From: Sphyrna mokarran
Taxonomy: Eukaryota
Length of the DNA stretch: 64,000 nucleotides
Assembly (NCBI GenBank): GCA_024679065.1
Contig: JAGIQG010000015.1
Span: forward strand, 38,812,001 to 38,876,000
Direction of reading: 5' to 3'
Positions 38,914 through 52,739 of the stretch are shown piece by piece. Each line of letters opens with the position of its first letter. Position 1 is the first letter of the stretch. Made by a program: the position numbers and the translations under genes. The notes beneath the pieces are model-generated. The model worked only from the letters and a program-made list of their open reading frames with translations, made no database searches and was not told where the DNA came from.

Positions 38914-39177
38914 TGGTAGCACAATAATTAGCACTGCTGCTTCACAGCACCAGGGACCTGGTTTCAATTCCTGGCTTGGGTCAGTGTGGAGTTTGTACAT
39001 TCTCCCCACATCTGTGTGGGTTTCTTCCAGGTGCTCTGGTTTCCTCCAAGATTCTGAAAGACATGCTAAGGAAGTGCATTGACACAAATAGATCCAGAAT
39101 CCGGTGACTAGGGAATTTCACAGTAACTTCTTTGCAGTGTTAATGTAAGCCTTATTTATGACTAATAAATAAACTTT
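38914..39177 (+). mobile_element. tRNA-derived V-SINE with (aata)n tail
   Basis: Head ...ttagcactgctgcttcacagcaccagggacctggtttcaattcc, V-domain gtgtggagtttgtacattctcccc, end aataaataaacttt. Confidence 0.85.
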
Positions 39178-39839
39178 AATACCTGCTAACTTTGAGGATT
39201 TATTTGCTGGCTGAAGTTCAACAAAATTTACATCATAGGCCTACCTACAAATGAATGTTATAGCTGAATCTCAACACCTGCTTACTATCCATAACACAAT
39301 GAAAATTTCACCAATACCTCAATAGTTATCATGTCACATTGCTGGTGGACTATTGTCCCTTAACTATGAAGATGTTCCATCACTTGCCCACATGCTACTA
39401 TCAAATAAAGCACCAACAGTTCAAAAACCAGTACAATGCTGATGCATTGCTGTGGTTACCTTTGACCACTAATCAAGGATCACCCCCTACTTGTGCCTCC
39501 AATATTTTCTATTTTTTTTTGCAGATTTAACATGCCCCAATGATTGCAGCTCAAGTCCAAAAACAGATGAGAAATGATCATGTGATGGGGAAGGTATTGG
39601 AAATGGTGTTAAAAAGGACAGTGGGAATCAATCCATCCTGAATTAAAGCTATGTTTCCAGAAATCTCCAGTTGACAGTACAAAGTGGATGCCTGTTGTGA
39701 GAAGATAATAATTCCTCAACTTGTGACAGTATCAGATCAATTACATGAAGGACAGCGAGACATAGTTTAAATGAAAGAACTTGTAAGGAACTGCTTCTGG
39801 TGGCCTGACTAGATATCTAGATCGAAGAAAAAGCAGGAT

Positions 39840-40755
39840 TAGAACATAGAACATTACAGCACAGAACAGGCCCTTCGGCCTTTGATGTTGCGCCGACCAA
39901 TTATGAAAAAAGCAATGACCCTCCAAACTAAACCATTCCCTTCTCTTCCATAAACTTCTCAACTAACCTCTTAAACGCCACCAAACTTGGCGCATCTACA
40001 ACTGCCACAGGCAGGGCATTCCACTCCCTAACCACCCTCTGGGTAAAGAACCTACCTCTGATAGCCATCCTATAACTATCACCCCTTAATTTAAAGCTGT
40101 GTCCCCTCGTGCTGGCTTTCTCCATCCTAGGAAAAAGGCTATCACTGTCCACCCTATCTAAACCTCTAATCATCTTATATATTTCGATAAAGTCTCCTCT
40201 TAGCCACCTCCCTTCTAATGAAAACAACCTCAAATCCCTCAGCCTCTCCTCATAAGACCTGTCCTTCATACCAGGTAACATCCTGGTAAACCTCCTCTGT
40301 ACCCTCTCCAATATCTCCACATCTTTCTTATAGTGTGGGGACCAGAACTGCACACAATACTCCAAGTGCGCCCGCACTAGAGTTTTGTACAGTTGCAACA
40401 TGACATTGCGGCTCCGAAAGTTAATCCCCCTACCAATAAAAGCTAAGACTCCGTATGCCTTATCGACTTGACTGCCTACTTTCAGGGATCTAGGCACAAA
40501 TACACCAAGCTCCCTCTGTTCATCAACACTATTAAGAATCCTACCATTAGCCATATACTCTACACATTTATTATTCCTGCCAAAGTGCATTACCTCACAC
40601 TTTTCCACATTAAACTCCATTTGCCACCTCTCAGCCCAGCTCTGCAACTTGTCCATGTCTCTCTGCAAACTATAACATCCCTCTTCACTATCTACCACTC
40701 CACCGACTTGTGTCATCCGCAAACTTACTAATATATCCTTCAATACCCTCATCCA
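39840..40755 (-). mobile_element. Young 5'-truncated CR1 LINE (short-UTR family)
   Basis: Open ORF2 C-terminal region (WAERWQMEFN..KCEVMHFG...HLEYCVQFWSP...RFFTQRVV) and (tgttcta)n tail at 39840. Confidence 0.93.
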
Positions 40756-41010
40756 GATTGTAGTCGTTTGCAGAGGTTGACCTCCGTTGTTCCTATTACA
40801 TCCATGGGAATGGTCTATAATGCCTTTACAACAATTACACATTGCCCTTGCTGATCCATACAAGGGGCACATATTCATGGTTATCATTGATGCATAGTCC
40901 AAATGTTGGCGATTGTGCTTAATTAACAACTGTTGACCAAACCATCAAAGCTCAGATTTTTACCAGCTTTGGGCAACCCACAACAAATTGCAAATGATAA
41001 TGGATCACAA

Positions 41011-41726
41011 TTAGGTTTAAGGTGAGGGGGGAGGTAAGGTATAATTTGGATGCTAGCGGGAGTATTTTCACACAGAGGGTGGTGGGGGTATGGAATGTGC
41101 TACCAAGTGGTGGAGGCAGGTACTCTGGAGATATTTAAGAAATACTTAGATGGGCACATGAACAGAATGGGAATGGAGGGGTATAGAAAACTGATTTAAA
41201 ATAGGGATCATGAGCCTTGGGAGTCCCTGGAAGTGTGTAAATAGATGATGATATTGATGTACTTGTTTTTATCCTACAGGTGCTTTGGTCCACCTTGTTG
41301 TCTAACGAGGGTCATACACGCGATGGGTCGTGAGAGCGCTGCTCTTGGATCTTTTTCGAGAGTATCCTAGTGCTTCACGTCATTAGTGTATGCTTGACCT
41401 GGACCATCTGATGGGCAACACGACAGCTCAGTGACTATCGCTGTGCTGTGCAGATACATGGATTTTGGGCCTGTGTCTGTGGGAGTTTGCACATTCTCCC
41501 CGTGCTTGCGTGGGTTTTCTCCGGGCGCTCCGGTTTCCTCCCACATCCCAAAGATGTGCTCTTAGGCTAATTGGCAAAACAAATTCTCCCTGAATTGTCT
41601 CAAATTTGGTTTTTAATCCATAGATCTATAAACATGGACAGGGATCATGTGTAGAAGTGGGAACATCAAGGTGGCAGTGCGGGCTTGTTGGGCCTGTTTC
41701 CCGTGCTGTTTTGTTCTTTGTTCTTT
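41011..41726 (+). mobile_element. V-domain-carrying CR1-like LINE 3' fragment (copy 6)
   Basis: Near-identical to 29955..30673; splits the Gypsy integrase just after the NDNGSQ motif. Confidence 0.92.
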
Positions 41727-42581
41727 AATTCACAGCTCACGAATGTGAAGATTATCTGAAGATGAGTGACATCCATCATAAACCAACACTTTACTACCTA
41801 TCAACAAATGGATTAGGTGAAAGTTCTGTCTGGTCCTTGCAACATTCACTGAAAGCCTATGAGGACCAAGATTCATTAAATTGCCATCTAAAGTTTCTTG
41901 ACAATGTATCACAACACCACACATTCAACCACTTGACTTCCCCAACTTTGCTCTTACTGAAGAGGAAGCTGAGAACTACCTCTGATCTACTCTTCTCATG
42001 TAGGAGACAGCAGAGATAGTAGAACACAATCAGAAGTCACAAATTTTAAGATTTTTCTAAAAAGATGCTTGCTTCGACAAGGAGATCCGGTTTTGGCTTG
42101 CCGCTATACCACTAGGAAGAAGTGAGTTTGTGCAACTGTGTTGGCTCAGATCTCCTATATAGTACAAACTGAAAATGAACTAAGGTGGAAATGACATTCA
42201 GACCAATTATTGGCTACACATGCCAATGTACCAGTACTATCTGTGCCAGAACTACTTCTGGATGAACTGCTGTCCATACCATTGGATGCAGTAATTTGGA
42301 TCAATCAGCAGAAACTTAGATTGCTGAAGAATCCCTTGCTGCTACCAATCTTCCGTCTTCAAGATAAATTGTTACACTTTCCAGAATACAGATGCCCCTC
42401 TGACGAACCAGAGTATTTCAAAGGTTAAGAACAAAGTCCCTTAAGTGTGCAGGCAGTGTGAAATAAATGCCTGTCTCATCATCTTTCCTATTAATTGTAC
42501 TATTACTATGTAATAATGTATTGCCTGTTATATATACATATAGATTATTTGTTGCTATGGGACCTTAGAAGGTGGAGGGAT

Positions 42582-42779
42582 TGATATATATATAGGACTG
42601 CTGCTGTGTTGTGTTATCACTGACTCTAGTCACATGTTTAGTTCATGACATCAACTGCTAGTCCAGATCAAGCTTCTGTAGAGTCAACAGTTTATTAATA
42701 AACCAGCATTTTGTTTTCACCCAAGCCTATGTACTATATTGCCATACATTCTTCTTTCCAATAAATGCAGTATATCACC
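42582..42779 (+). repeat. 3' LTR of Gypsy element
   Basis: Starts TG right after the purine tract agaaggtggaggga; homologous to 35106..35321. Confidence 0.72.
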
Positions 42780-43587
42780 TGTCAGTCATCATCAGCTGGT
42801 GCAGTCCCTTTGGCAACACCTCTAATAATAACACTCTTGTTGTGTAGTATAAATTGTTTTTTTCCCCTTATGCTAGCGTTTATAAAAATTTTTCAGCAAT
42901 ACTGTATAAATATTGTGCAAAAATTAAGACATACATTTGTGAACAATATAATCAAGGCCAGAGGTGAAATTTATCAAAGGGCAAATATCAAATTGGATTT
43001 GGCAGTTAATAGAAAGTTAAGCCAGAAGTTCAAAAGGTGGAGGGATCAGGCTTTTGAGCTGATCACATGATCATCTCACCCATAAATAAATATGAGGACA
43101 CCAAGGATGAGTATGTATCACAAGCCAGGCATCAGCCAATTTGAGAGAAGTAGAAGGCTGCATTCTTTAAAGCATGAAAGTCACACATAATGGAAATAAA
43201 TATGTCCTAACATTCACTTCCTAAGTGTTATTTGCTTAGCCATATACTCCCATCACATTTTATTGACTGACTCCAAAGTAAAACTACAGCAAATCAGAAC
43301 TGAAATCACTTGCACAAATAAAAAATATTAAAAAATCATTAAGGAAGCCTAAACAAACAAGGCACAATAAAAATAACCAATCCTAAAATTCAGGATCTGG
43401 GATAAATTCAAAAATCTGTAGAAATTTAGAGAAATGTCTTCTTCAGGAAATGATGGAAAGATTTTGTATTGATTCATTCAAATGCAAATTGGATTTCATT
43501 CAGAAAATAACAATTTGGGATCCAGCATGTGTTAAAAAGTATATTTTGCAGGCAAAAGCTCTCCTCCATTTAGCTTTTCATTGCATC

Positions 43588-43874
43588 AAAGAACAAAGAA
43601 CAACACAGCACGGGAAACAGGCCCTTTGGCCCAACGAGCCCGCGCCGCCATCCTAACGTCTTAACATATAGACATATATGTTAAGACATATAGAGACCAA
43701 TATAGGGACAATTTGTTACCCAATCTGCCTAAGAGCACATTTTTGGGATGTGGGGGGAAACCGGAGCACCCGGAGAAAACCCACGCAACCACGGGGAGAA
43801 CGCACAAACTCCCGCAGACACAGGCCCAAATCCATGTGTCTGCACAGCAACAGCGATAGTCTCTGAGCTGTCAT
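43588..43874 (-). mobile_element. V-domain-carrying LINE family 3' fragment (copy 7, subfamily C-like)
   Basis: Tail aaagaacaaagaacaac, V-domain and the two head-derived hairpins. Confidence 0.88.
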
Positions 43875-44025
43875 TTCTGGGTCTATTCACTGAAGAATAG
43901 AGATTGATTACTCAACAGTACCATTAGCATTGTGTTATACAACTACCAAAAGTATAACTAGATCTTTATTATTCAATAATTCCTACATTCCTAACATCCC
44001 TAATTCCTTCCATGCTATCTGCTTT

Positions 44026-45277
44026 TAAAGTTTATTTATTTGTAGACTTGCATTAACACTGCAATGAAGTATTATGAAAATTCCATAGTCGCCACACTCC
44101 AGCATCTGTTTGGGTACAAAGAACAACACAGCACAGGAAACAGGCACTTTGGCCCAACAAGCCTGTGTCGTCATTTTAACATTGTGAGTGCCCTTTTCTA
44201 CCTATGACCCTTGTCTACGCCTACTAGACTCCACAATAAAGAAACTATAACCAGATTGAAGGACGCCTAATTTAGGGACAATTTGTTAACATCAATCAGC
44301 CTAAGAGCATGTATTTAGGGTATGGAAGGAGGGCAGAGCATCTGGAGAAAATCCACACAAGTATGGGGAGAATGTGCAAACTCCCACAGACACTGGCCCA
44401 AATCCATGTATCTGCACAGCAAACAGTGATAGTCACTGAGCTGTCATGTTGCCCGTCAGCTGGTCAGTTTAAGCGTACACTAATGATGTGAAGCACTAGG
44501 CAACTCTCAAAGCAACATCCAAGAGCAGCCTTCGCATGACCCACTGCGCATATGCCCCTTGTTGAACAACAAGGCGGACCGAATCACCTGTGATTAAAAA
44601 AAAGATATCAATCAACACGCACAACTTAAACAGACATTTGCAGAATCCCCAGAACTCAAACGTAAGACAAATGAGCCATAAAATATGTTGGACGGTCCAT
44701 AGGAATCAACTGATTCCCAGGAATGTCCTAAGGCTCTTATTTAAAACAATCTTTTGTATCCATCCATCTCTAGTCTGCTCATGTACCTATCTAAGTAAGC
44801 CTTAAATAATTCTAGTGTGCTTGCCTCCACTACCCTATTTGGCAGTGCATTCCAGGCACCCACAACCCCCTGTGTGAAAAACCTCCCTCTAACATCCGAA
44901 TTATACCTTGCCCCTCTCACCCTAAGCCCATGGCCCCTTGTAATTTTTGTATCCAAACTGGGAAAAAGCTTATCACTGTTTGCTCTATTTATACCCTTCA
45001 TAATATTATGCATCTCTATTAGATCTCCCCTCACCCTCTGCCTTTCTAAGCACCAATTTGTCCAATCTCTCCTCATAGCTCAATGTACATGAGGGAAAAT
45101 TTAACATGGCCAATGCACCTAACCAGCATGTCTTTGGGACTGAGGAGGAAGACGGGACATCCGGAGGAAACCCACAGACATGGGGAGGATGTGCAGTCTC
45201 TTCACAATGACCCAAGTTTACTTTGGAACCTGAATCCTTGGCATTGTGAAGCAGCAGTGCTAACCACTGCGCCACCG
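44026..45277 (-). mobile_element. V-SINE split by LINE copy 8 (tail 44026..44117, head/body 45085..45277)
   Basis: Head acggtggcgcagtggttagcactgctgcttcaca on the minus strand at 45277; tail matches the 38914..39177 family; gtaca occurs at both junctions. Confidence 0.8.
44118..45084 (-). mobile_element. V-domain-carrying CR1-like LINE, subfamily B (copy 8)
   Basis: ORF 44741..45076 is the ORF2 C-terminus (RGDLIE...RFFTQ..WNALP), then the structured UTR, V-domain and tail. Confidence 0.9.
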
Positions 45278-46759
45278 TTCTATTCTTCATTTCAAATCAG
45301 TATATAGTTATTACCACTAGAATTGTTGCAAATTATTTTTTGTTGCTCTGGGACAAAATTTCCATCAAGCTAAAGTAGATGAAGGGAAAATAACAATGTG
45401 ATCTCTTTGCCAACAATGTTTAACTCTCGTTCAGCATCAACTTATAAGATTGTCAAGGATCATTCTTGCTCCAAGAATTAAGGTAAGTAAATTCTCATCT
45501 CGATGTTTAACAAACGATTTGGCATTTTTTTAGTTATAAATTCATTATCAATTTATTTTTATACAGCATATTAAATTATAAATATAAAAAGGATCTTTCT
45601 TTTAGCAACCATTGCTATTAGCGAAAGGTGAAATGAACATGAGAAATAAAAGTAGGAGTTGACCATTTGGCCCAACTTGCCTGCTCCACCATTCAATATG
45701 ATTGTGGCTTCAACTCTACCTTCTTGCCCACTCCCCATAGCCCTTAATTCCCTGAGACAAAAAAAATTCAAATCACAGAATTAAAATTAATATTTTTAAA
45801 TGCAAGATCAATTCTAAAGGTCTGATCTTTTTATTGCTTTTGAAAGTTGGATCGCTACTCCATTCTGTTTTCTTACTGACTGCTCTTTAGATCTTGTGAA
45901 TAAGTAATCTGTATCTGACTGAATGCTTAACAGTTACACTAATCTTAGATTCAGGATTTACAATTTTGATGTAAAACATCTCAATAGCAATTAGAAATGG
46001 GCAAATACTAGCCTAGCCAATTAATAAAAAAACATTCCTATCAAATCAGTTAACTAAAAATGAAAATGTGAACATTAAAAACAATTGGTTTATAATATTA
46101 TGTCAACTATACCAAAACTCTAAAATATGTAATTCAATAGACTAGTCAGTCCCTTTTTAATCTACCATACCTATGTAATTTTAGTGAACACTGCTGACTT
46201 AATAACATCAAATGGCTTTGCCATTAACATTACAAGTGATTTATAAAGAGCCTTGTAAAATTGTAAAGTGAAATTAATTATTTGAAATGTAAGTCAATCA
46301 AAACTCTGAAGCTTTATTTTCATGGCATCTGATCAAAAGCTAGTGAAATTAATTAACTGCATGATTTAGAAGTTAAATGTTGATCAGCCCATGCAATTGT
46401 TTCAACTAGCAAATGTTTAAAAGAAACAAATATTTGCTATTCCATTGCCTTGTTACTCAACATATTTCATTGCCCACAACAGTCTAACTATATTGACCCA
46501 GTAAAACTGATGATAGTAAAACATAACCCTTCTTCATCAGACTAGGACTATTCTTTAAAATGTACTTTCACATAATTCAGTTTTGATGGAAAATACATAC
46601 AGTTTTACATTGGATTTGATTATTGAAAACGGAAGGAAACTGGAGGTATAGTAATTTTTATGCAAAATATGATTCTTTCAACAAGAGGAAGGCTAGTTTA
46701 AGTGAATTTAAAAGTTACTCAGGTGGATTAGAATCAAAGATTGGCATCTAAAGCAGTAA

Positions 46760-49295
46760 ATACAACAATGGGAACCCTTTAAAGAGCATATAGATTGGGT
46801 TCATCTAGGCACACTTCCACAAGGAAAGCAGAAGGGCACTTCAAAGGTACAGTTTCCTGGATGACAGAAAATAGAAAGATTAAAATTAAACAGATGAAGA
46901 AGCTTTTGATGTCAGGTAAAGACATAAGTAAGTAAAGAATACTCGTAAAAAAGTGAAATGAAAAAGGGAGTAAGGACAAAAATAGTTATAAAAAAACAAA
47001 TTAGTAAGTAATATAACAGGGTATGTAAAACTGGTTTATAAACATTGGTAAATATAATCCAAGGGTGGGGTCAACTAGGGTTCAAATATGAGATTATCTT
47101 GTGGAAATCAGAGAGCATGCCCATGCAACAAATGATCACTTTTCATGTCTTCATTAAAGAAATGAATGTTGTCAATATGAGAAATTTTAAAAATATGCAC
47201 AAAAATACATACTTAAGCTAGCATTACTCTAATTGAAGAAACACCTGGTCACAATTAGATAGATCTTGGGTTCCCTAGAAAACCAAGGATGGAAAATTGC
47301 CAAGACTTTGGCCACAATTTTTGAATCCTCAAATCTGGAAGCAATGATAGTGGACATGAAGCAAATATTATACTGCTGTTCAAAGAAAACCAAATTATTA
47401 CAGGTCAACAAGCTTAGAGATGGATATAAATTTGGAGATACTCTGAACATTAATCTGGGACACAATTAATTGGCACTTGGAAATATATGGGTGAATAAAT
47501 GAAAGTCAGCAGAAATATGTTGCTGACGAATCTTATTTGCAAATTTGAGTTAGTCGAGGTGACAGAGGGTGATCAGCATGGTACAGCTGATGTATATATG
47601 GACTTCGAAAAGACATTCGATACAGTGCCCTATAAGATTGTCAAAACTAAAGCCCATGGAATTTATTAGATAAAAAAATTAACTGAGGAAGAAGTTTCAG
47701 TATGGTTAATGTTTGCTCTCAAATTAGAGGAAAGAATAAAATGTATTTATACAAACTTTGGCCAGAGTTCAAACTACAGATTCTGTAGTTGGAATAGTTG
47801 GAACTACAGAATCTTGGGTTGAGAGGATAGAATTTCAAAGTTTACAAACACAAAATGCAAATGCGGTGAAAATGAGAAGCATACTAACACAAATGCTAAA
47901 TGATTAACTTTGCTAGGAAGAAGGAGGAGAGGCAATACCAACAAGATATCACAATTTTAAAGGACTGCAGGAACAGAGTCTGTGGTGTATGTACACAGGT
48001 CTTTTTGAAGAGAGCATCACAAGCTCCCTTCAGTTGTTAGGAAGCAGATATGATCCTTGGCTTTATATAAATAGAAGAATTTATTACAAAAGCAAGGACG
48101 TTCTGTTTAAATTTTAAGACATGCTTAGCTCCCAACTTGGATATTAAACCATGTTTGAACCCTGCACTTTAAAAAGTATAACAATGGCACAAAGGAGGTG
48201 CAGAGATTTAATAGCATGGAACTAGGGATGAAAGACTTATGTGGAGAAACCATAGAAATTGGGACTGTTCTCTTTTAAGGAAATAGGGTAAAGTGAATTT
48301 ACTTTAATGGTCAAAATCTTGAAAGGTTTGATACGTTAAATAAGGAGAATCTTTCACATAGCAGCTGGTTGCCTTTTTCCCCCCCTTATAATCTGCACTC
48401 AATAAATTGAATTGCTTTGAAAGACGTCGGCTTAGAGGGGATCTAATAGAGGTGTATAAGATTATAAGGGGTATAGATAGAGTAAATGGTGGTAAACTTT
48501 TTCCACCTTCAGAAATGGATAGGACGAGGGGTCATGGCCTTAGGGTGAGGGGGGCTATGTATAAGACGAATATTAGAGGGCAGTTTTTCACACAAAGGGT
48601 AGTGGGGGTGTGGAATGCACTGCCGAGTAAGGTGGTGGGAGCAGGCACGCTAGGGCTGTTTAAGGGTCTCTTGGACAGCCACATGAGCGTATGCAGATAG
48701 AGGGATATAGTAGGACTGTTTAACTATGGCTTTTTTTCCACAGGTAATTCGGTCCATACTTGACCAACAAGGAGCATGCATTCGGCAGGTGGTGCGAGGA
48801 CAGCTCTTGGATGTTGATTCATGGGTTGCCTGGTGCTTCATGTCATAAATGAGTGCTTTATCTGGACCATCTGAAGGGCACCATGACAGCTCAGTGACTA
48901 TCGCTGTAGCTGTGCAGACACTTGGAATTGGGCCGGTGTCTGCGGGAGTTTGTGCATTCTCCCCGTGGTTGCGTGGGTTTTCTCCGGGCGCTCCGGTTTC
49001 CTCCCACATCCCAAAATTCGCTCTTAGGCTGATTGGGAAACAAATTGTCCCTACATTGAGACTCTTCCATATTAGGAATAACCTAAAATTAGAATAGGAT
49101 AATGGAATTGTTACTATATAGTTATGACGGCGGCGTGGGCTCGTTGGGCCGAAGGGCCTGTTTCCCGTGCTGTGTTGCTCTAAAAAAAAGTGTTCAAATA
49201 TTTGGAAAGGAAAAAATTGATGGGATATGGAAGAAGAGGAGATAATGAAAATTAATTAGCCCAGGTCAAGTGGGCAAATGCCCTTGTGTTTGATT
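46760..49295 (+). mobile_element. Ancient CR1 ORF2 remnant interrupted by copy 9
   Basis: Decayed YMDFEKTFDTVP and related motifs at 47100..48360; tail remnant at 49190..49295. Confidence 0.5.
48418..49181 (+). mobile_element. V-domain-carrying CR1-like LINE, divergent subfamily C (copy 9)
   Basis: ORF 48407..48700 is the ORF2 C-terminus; short spacer, divergent but structurally conserved module, V-domain, gggccgaagggcctgtttcccgtgctgtg tail. Confidence 0.9.
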
Positions 49296-49349
49296 CTAAT
49301 TCCCTTTCATACAAGAAAATAATGGCAATGGCACATGCTTCTTCATAGT

Positions 49350-49355
49350 TTTATT
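49350..49355 (-). promoter_or_regulatory. ATG14: Candidate ATG14 polyadenylation signal
   Basis: First clear minus-strand AATAAA about 410 nt after the stop, just before transposon sequence begins. Confidence 0.45.
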
Positions 49356-49764
49356 AATAAAATCTTATCACTGATCTGTTGCTTCAGATACAACCTTGCA
49401 GGTGTCTGTTGTGACGGTAACTATAGGAAGCATATCGGGTAAGTTGAATTTGGGGTAGTGGGGAGGGGGATCAATGATAAAATTGATTTTTTTTAGAAAC
49501 AGAATTTACTGAGATCACTATTTTTCTGTAAAAATGAGTAATACTTGACCAAAAAGTGCTCTAAGCAAAGCCAGTCTCAATTTCAATCACACACTAATTT
49601 ACTCAAAGAAAATAGTTCCATCATACTAAATTTGGCCAGTTGTAGTTTTCAGTGGCTTTACGCTTCCAATGCATATAAACACAATTGTCTAGTTTTGTTA
49701 TTGTGTTTTATAGGCACTATTCAAGTGTTGTTTTCACATGTTTGTGTTCTAGTTCAGCAAATCA

Positions 49765-50074
49765 TCAGCGGTGTCCATAATACTGTTTCCACCATGATGT
49801 AACAGAAGCTGCTGCAGAAGAGATCATACCACCCGTGCTGTTGCTATTGCTGATTGGTTGAGATGCTTGCATGGCTTGGCTTTGCAGTACTTCCACTGGC
49901 TGGGAAGGGATATCGTAAAATTTAGGACTAGGTACCGTCTCCCAATCTGTTCCCAAATCAGTCTCTTCATCAGTTACATATTCATCACCACTCTCATCTG
50001 TCTGACTAGCAATATTAGGGTCTACCAACTCCATTGAATCTTCAAGATCAGCACTGATTTCAAAAGGCCCGGAC
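49765..50074 (-). CDS. ATG14: ATG14 (Barkor) last coding exon, incl. LIR and BATS domain
   Basis: Acceptor ttttttaatttag|G; (R)[19 protein letters not shown]...SGDE...[16 protein letters not shown]...[22 protein letters not shown]. Matches the human ATG14 C-terminus; phase fits the previous exon. Confidence 0.96.
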
Positions 50075-52739
50075 CTAAATTAAAAAACATCACATTTAGT
50101 GCACATATATTAATGTACAGATTCTCAAATATTGATTTTTCACCCCTAAAGAATATTGCAAATTCTTACATTTGAATGTACAATTAGTTCAAATTATCTA
50201 AGGCAGTATAGTTTTAAAATAGTCATTACTTCTAGTTGCCAATGGATGAAAATCACATTTTGAAATATTGAAGCTCTGTTCATATGTCTAAAATACATTT
50301 CATCTGTAGGCAAATAGAAATCATGGATATACACAAGAAGCTATATCAACCTGTGCCAAAAGGAAAAATATATAGGATGATATAGGATGTGAAATTTACA
50401 CTTCTCTCTTCATTCTGACTTGCTCAACTGCTAATGGAAAATAATATTTTAACATAATTATATTCAGATACAGACAGAACCAAAGCAGACATACAATATC
50501 TGGAACTACCAATATTCATGAACTATAGATGACAGCAAGTCATGACCAATACAGCATATTCAAATTGAGACTTGAGAATACTTAAGTGGTGATAATGCAA
50601 AATAGAAATTTAAAGAATTCACTATTTAGTGGATAACACTTTTCTTTCAATCTTTTTTTTCTTCCACTCCCTCTCTAAAGATTGGATGGGAATCATGGCT
50701 ATATTTTTAATGATTCACAATACGAAGTGGGACTGACTTTGTCACTGCAAGGCAAGTTTTAAATCAAAAAAATACAATTATGGCAAGTAATACAGTAGCT
50801 TGCAGTCCTCATCTGTTGCATTTCATGAACACCGATCTTCAATATATTACTGCCAGTTCAGATCAAGTTTCCATATTGCACCTGCTTCTCACTATAACCT
50901 GACTGAGTCCCAATTCTTTACCTTTTCCTGCCTATCTGGCTTTAGATGCTTTGCCTCATGCTACTTCTCCCTATTCATCCAACTCTTGAGCTATACACTC
51001 CTCACCAACCATAAGTGAATAGGTTGCTCCTAACTGTCCCTGCTTACAAAACACAATAGGAGACAAATAAATTAATGGAATAAACTGAAGAATAGGAAAA
51101 AACGATATAGGAGAGAAAACTGAGAGCAAAAGTGATTTCAGACATTTTTTCCCACTGCTTTGTTGTAATGTCCTTCATGGAAAACTGGTGAGAAAATGGG
51201 GTGGTTAGTGCTACGAATACGTTAAGTTCCAAAATGACACTTGTGGACAAATCACACTGGACACAATATTGGAGCAGATATGAGTGCACTTGCAGTAAAC
51301 ATCTGCTGAAAGTATGCAAAGTTGGCAGATTATGACATCAATCAGCATGCAATGCTGATTTAACATAAGTGGTGCCATTTTGGAGCTTAATATTCTAGCC
51401 AACAGGCTTTTTCACCTTGCACATACAAAAACATATTCAATAACAGAAAGACTCAATTTGCTGACTGCACCATTTAAAAGGATCAACAAGGTACAGATTA
51501 ATTTCTGGTTGATTTTTTCTGACTGTTGCAATGATTTTGACAATTGTTTAGTGCTTTCTTTAGCTGCTCAAAGTTGCAAGAGTTTACAAAGAGTGGTGAG
51601 TAATGCGCTGAAAGACTACTGCTGAGTTCAAGGCTTCTACAGAAACTAGTTCCTCCTGAACATGGATGCAATACTAGGCATTCTCCAGGGAATACTACAT
51701 TAATTAACAGAATTAACTGCGGAAATAGAAAGCAGGACAGACGGCTGCAAATGGGAGAGACTCTTGGGAAAGCTCTCCTACATGAACCCAGGGAAAACAG
51801 TGTGTAAGGATGGCTGCACAGAAACTTTCCACCTGCTGCAACTAAAATTGCCACTGCCAGTATTAGTGAAAGTGAACATGGCGAAGAACTTCAATATGAA
51901 CTGCTCCTTCCAGGGTGGAGATATTTGCAATGCCTTACAGTTAAATAAAAATTTAAAAGGAATGCTTCTGTTTGAGTTCTATCCACACTCCATTTTCTGA
52001 CTTTTGCCTCTTTTCAACATCATCCTGCTCCTCAGCTGTCCATTCAATTATAGCTAACAACATTTCATTTTCTGTTGCTGGAGACAAGCTACTTCGCATC
52101 AGAAATATGAGAAGGGAGAGGATGCAACCTATATAGCCTTCTTTTCAGGCTATGTAGAACTCATCTAACTGAAAAGCTTCAGAATTTTTCCAGCATTTTC
52201 TGTTTTAAGTTTGCTTTTCCAAACAACCTCCGGAAATTAGAGCCATCAGTGACTTTTTCTATGTTAATATCTGCCACTTTATATCTCATTTGCAGGCATT
52301 CTCATGACTCAAAGACTAATTCATTGCACCGGACTTTGTGTATATAACTGTCATCCATCAGATGAATGCGAGCAACACAGGTTCCTTTATAGTAGAATCC
52401 AGTATTTCCCCTCTCTAGATCCAGTTTCCCAGGGGCATAATTTTAATATTTTACTTGATAAAGAATGCAGTTAATATTAATCATGACATTAAGTATTTCC
52501 AAATCTTATACCACCTTTACTCAAAGTAGGAAGTAAATGCTGCCAGAATCATGCTATTCTACTCTTGTATTTTCAAGTATTCTCAAATGTCCACCATTTG
52601 GTTATTGGGATTTTATTCTGGGACAGTTGGGTGCTCCCTGATGGAAAACAGCAGACCTCATTTCTACCAAATCAGAAAATCATAATCCATCTGAACTCAA
52701 CAAGCTTTTGCAGATCAAAATAACAAACAGAATATGTAG

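Larger units (their letters stand above)
35106..42779 (+). mobile_element. Decayed Gypsy/Ty3 LTR retrotransposon with five nested insertions
   Basis: Homologous LTRs at both ends, PBS, gag (LRNLVQPEKP..HYSLKP..AE..F), degenerate Zn knuckle, protease (VNIGAAISLIS, from DTGA), integrase traces (HPWEW, STNGLGE), and PPT at 42567..42580. Confidence 0.8.

Noticed and set aside
39928-40929. 333-aa ORF as a novel gene
   Set aside because: Chance fusion of antisense Gypsy sequence to a CR1 ORF2 C-terminus.
46500-46545. Two CTGATGA words on opposite strands
   Set aside because: No GAAA box or stems; chance occurrence or an unrecognisable remnant.
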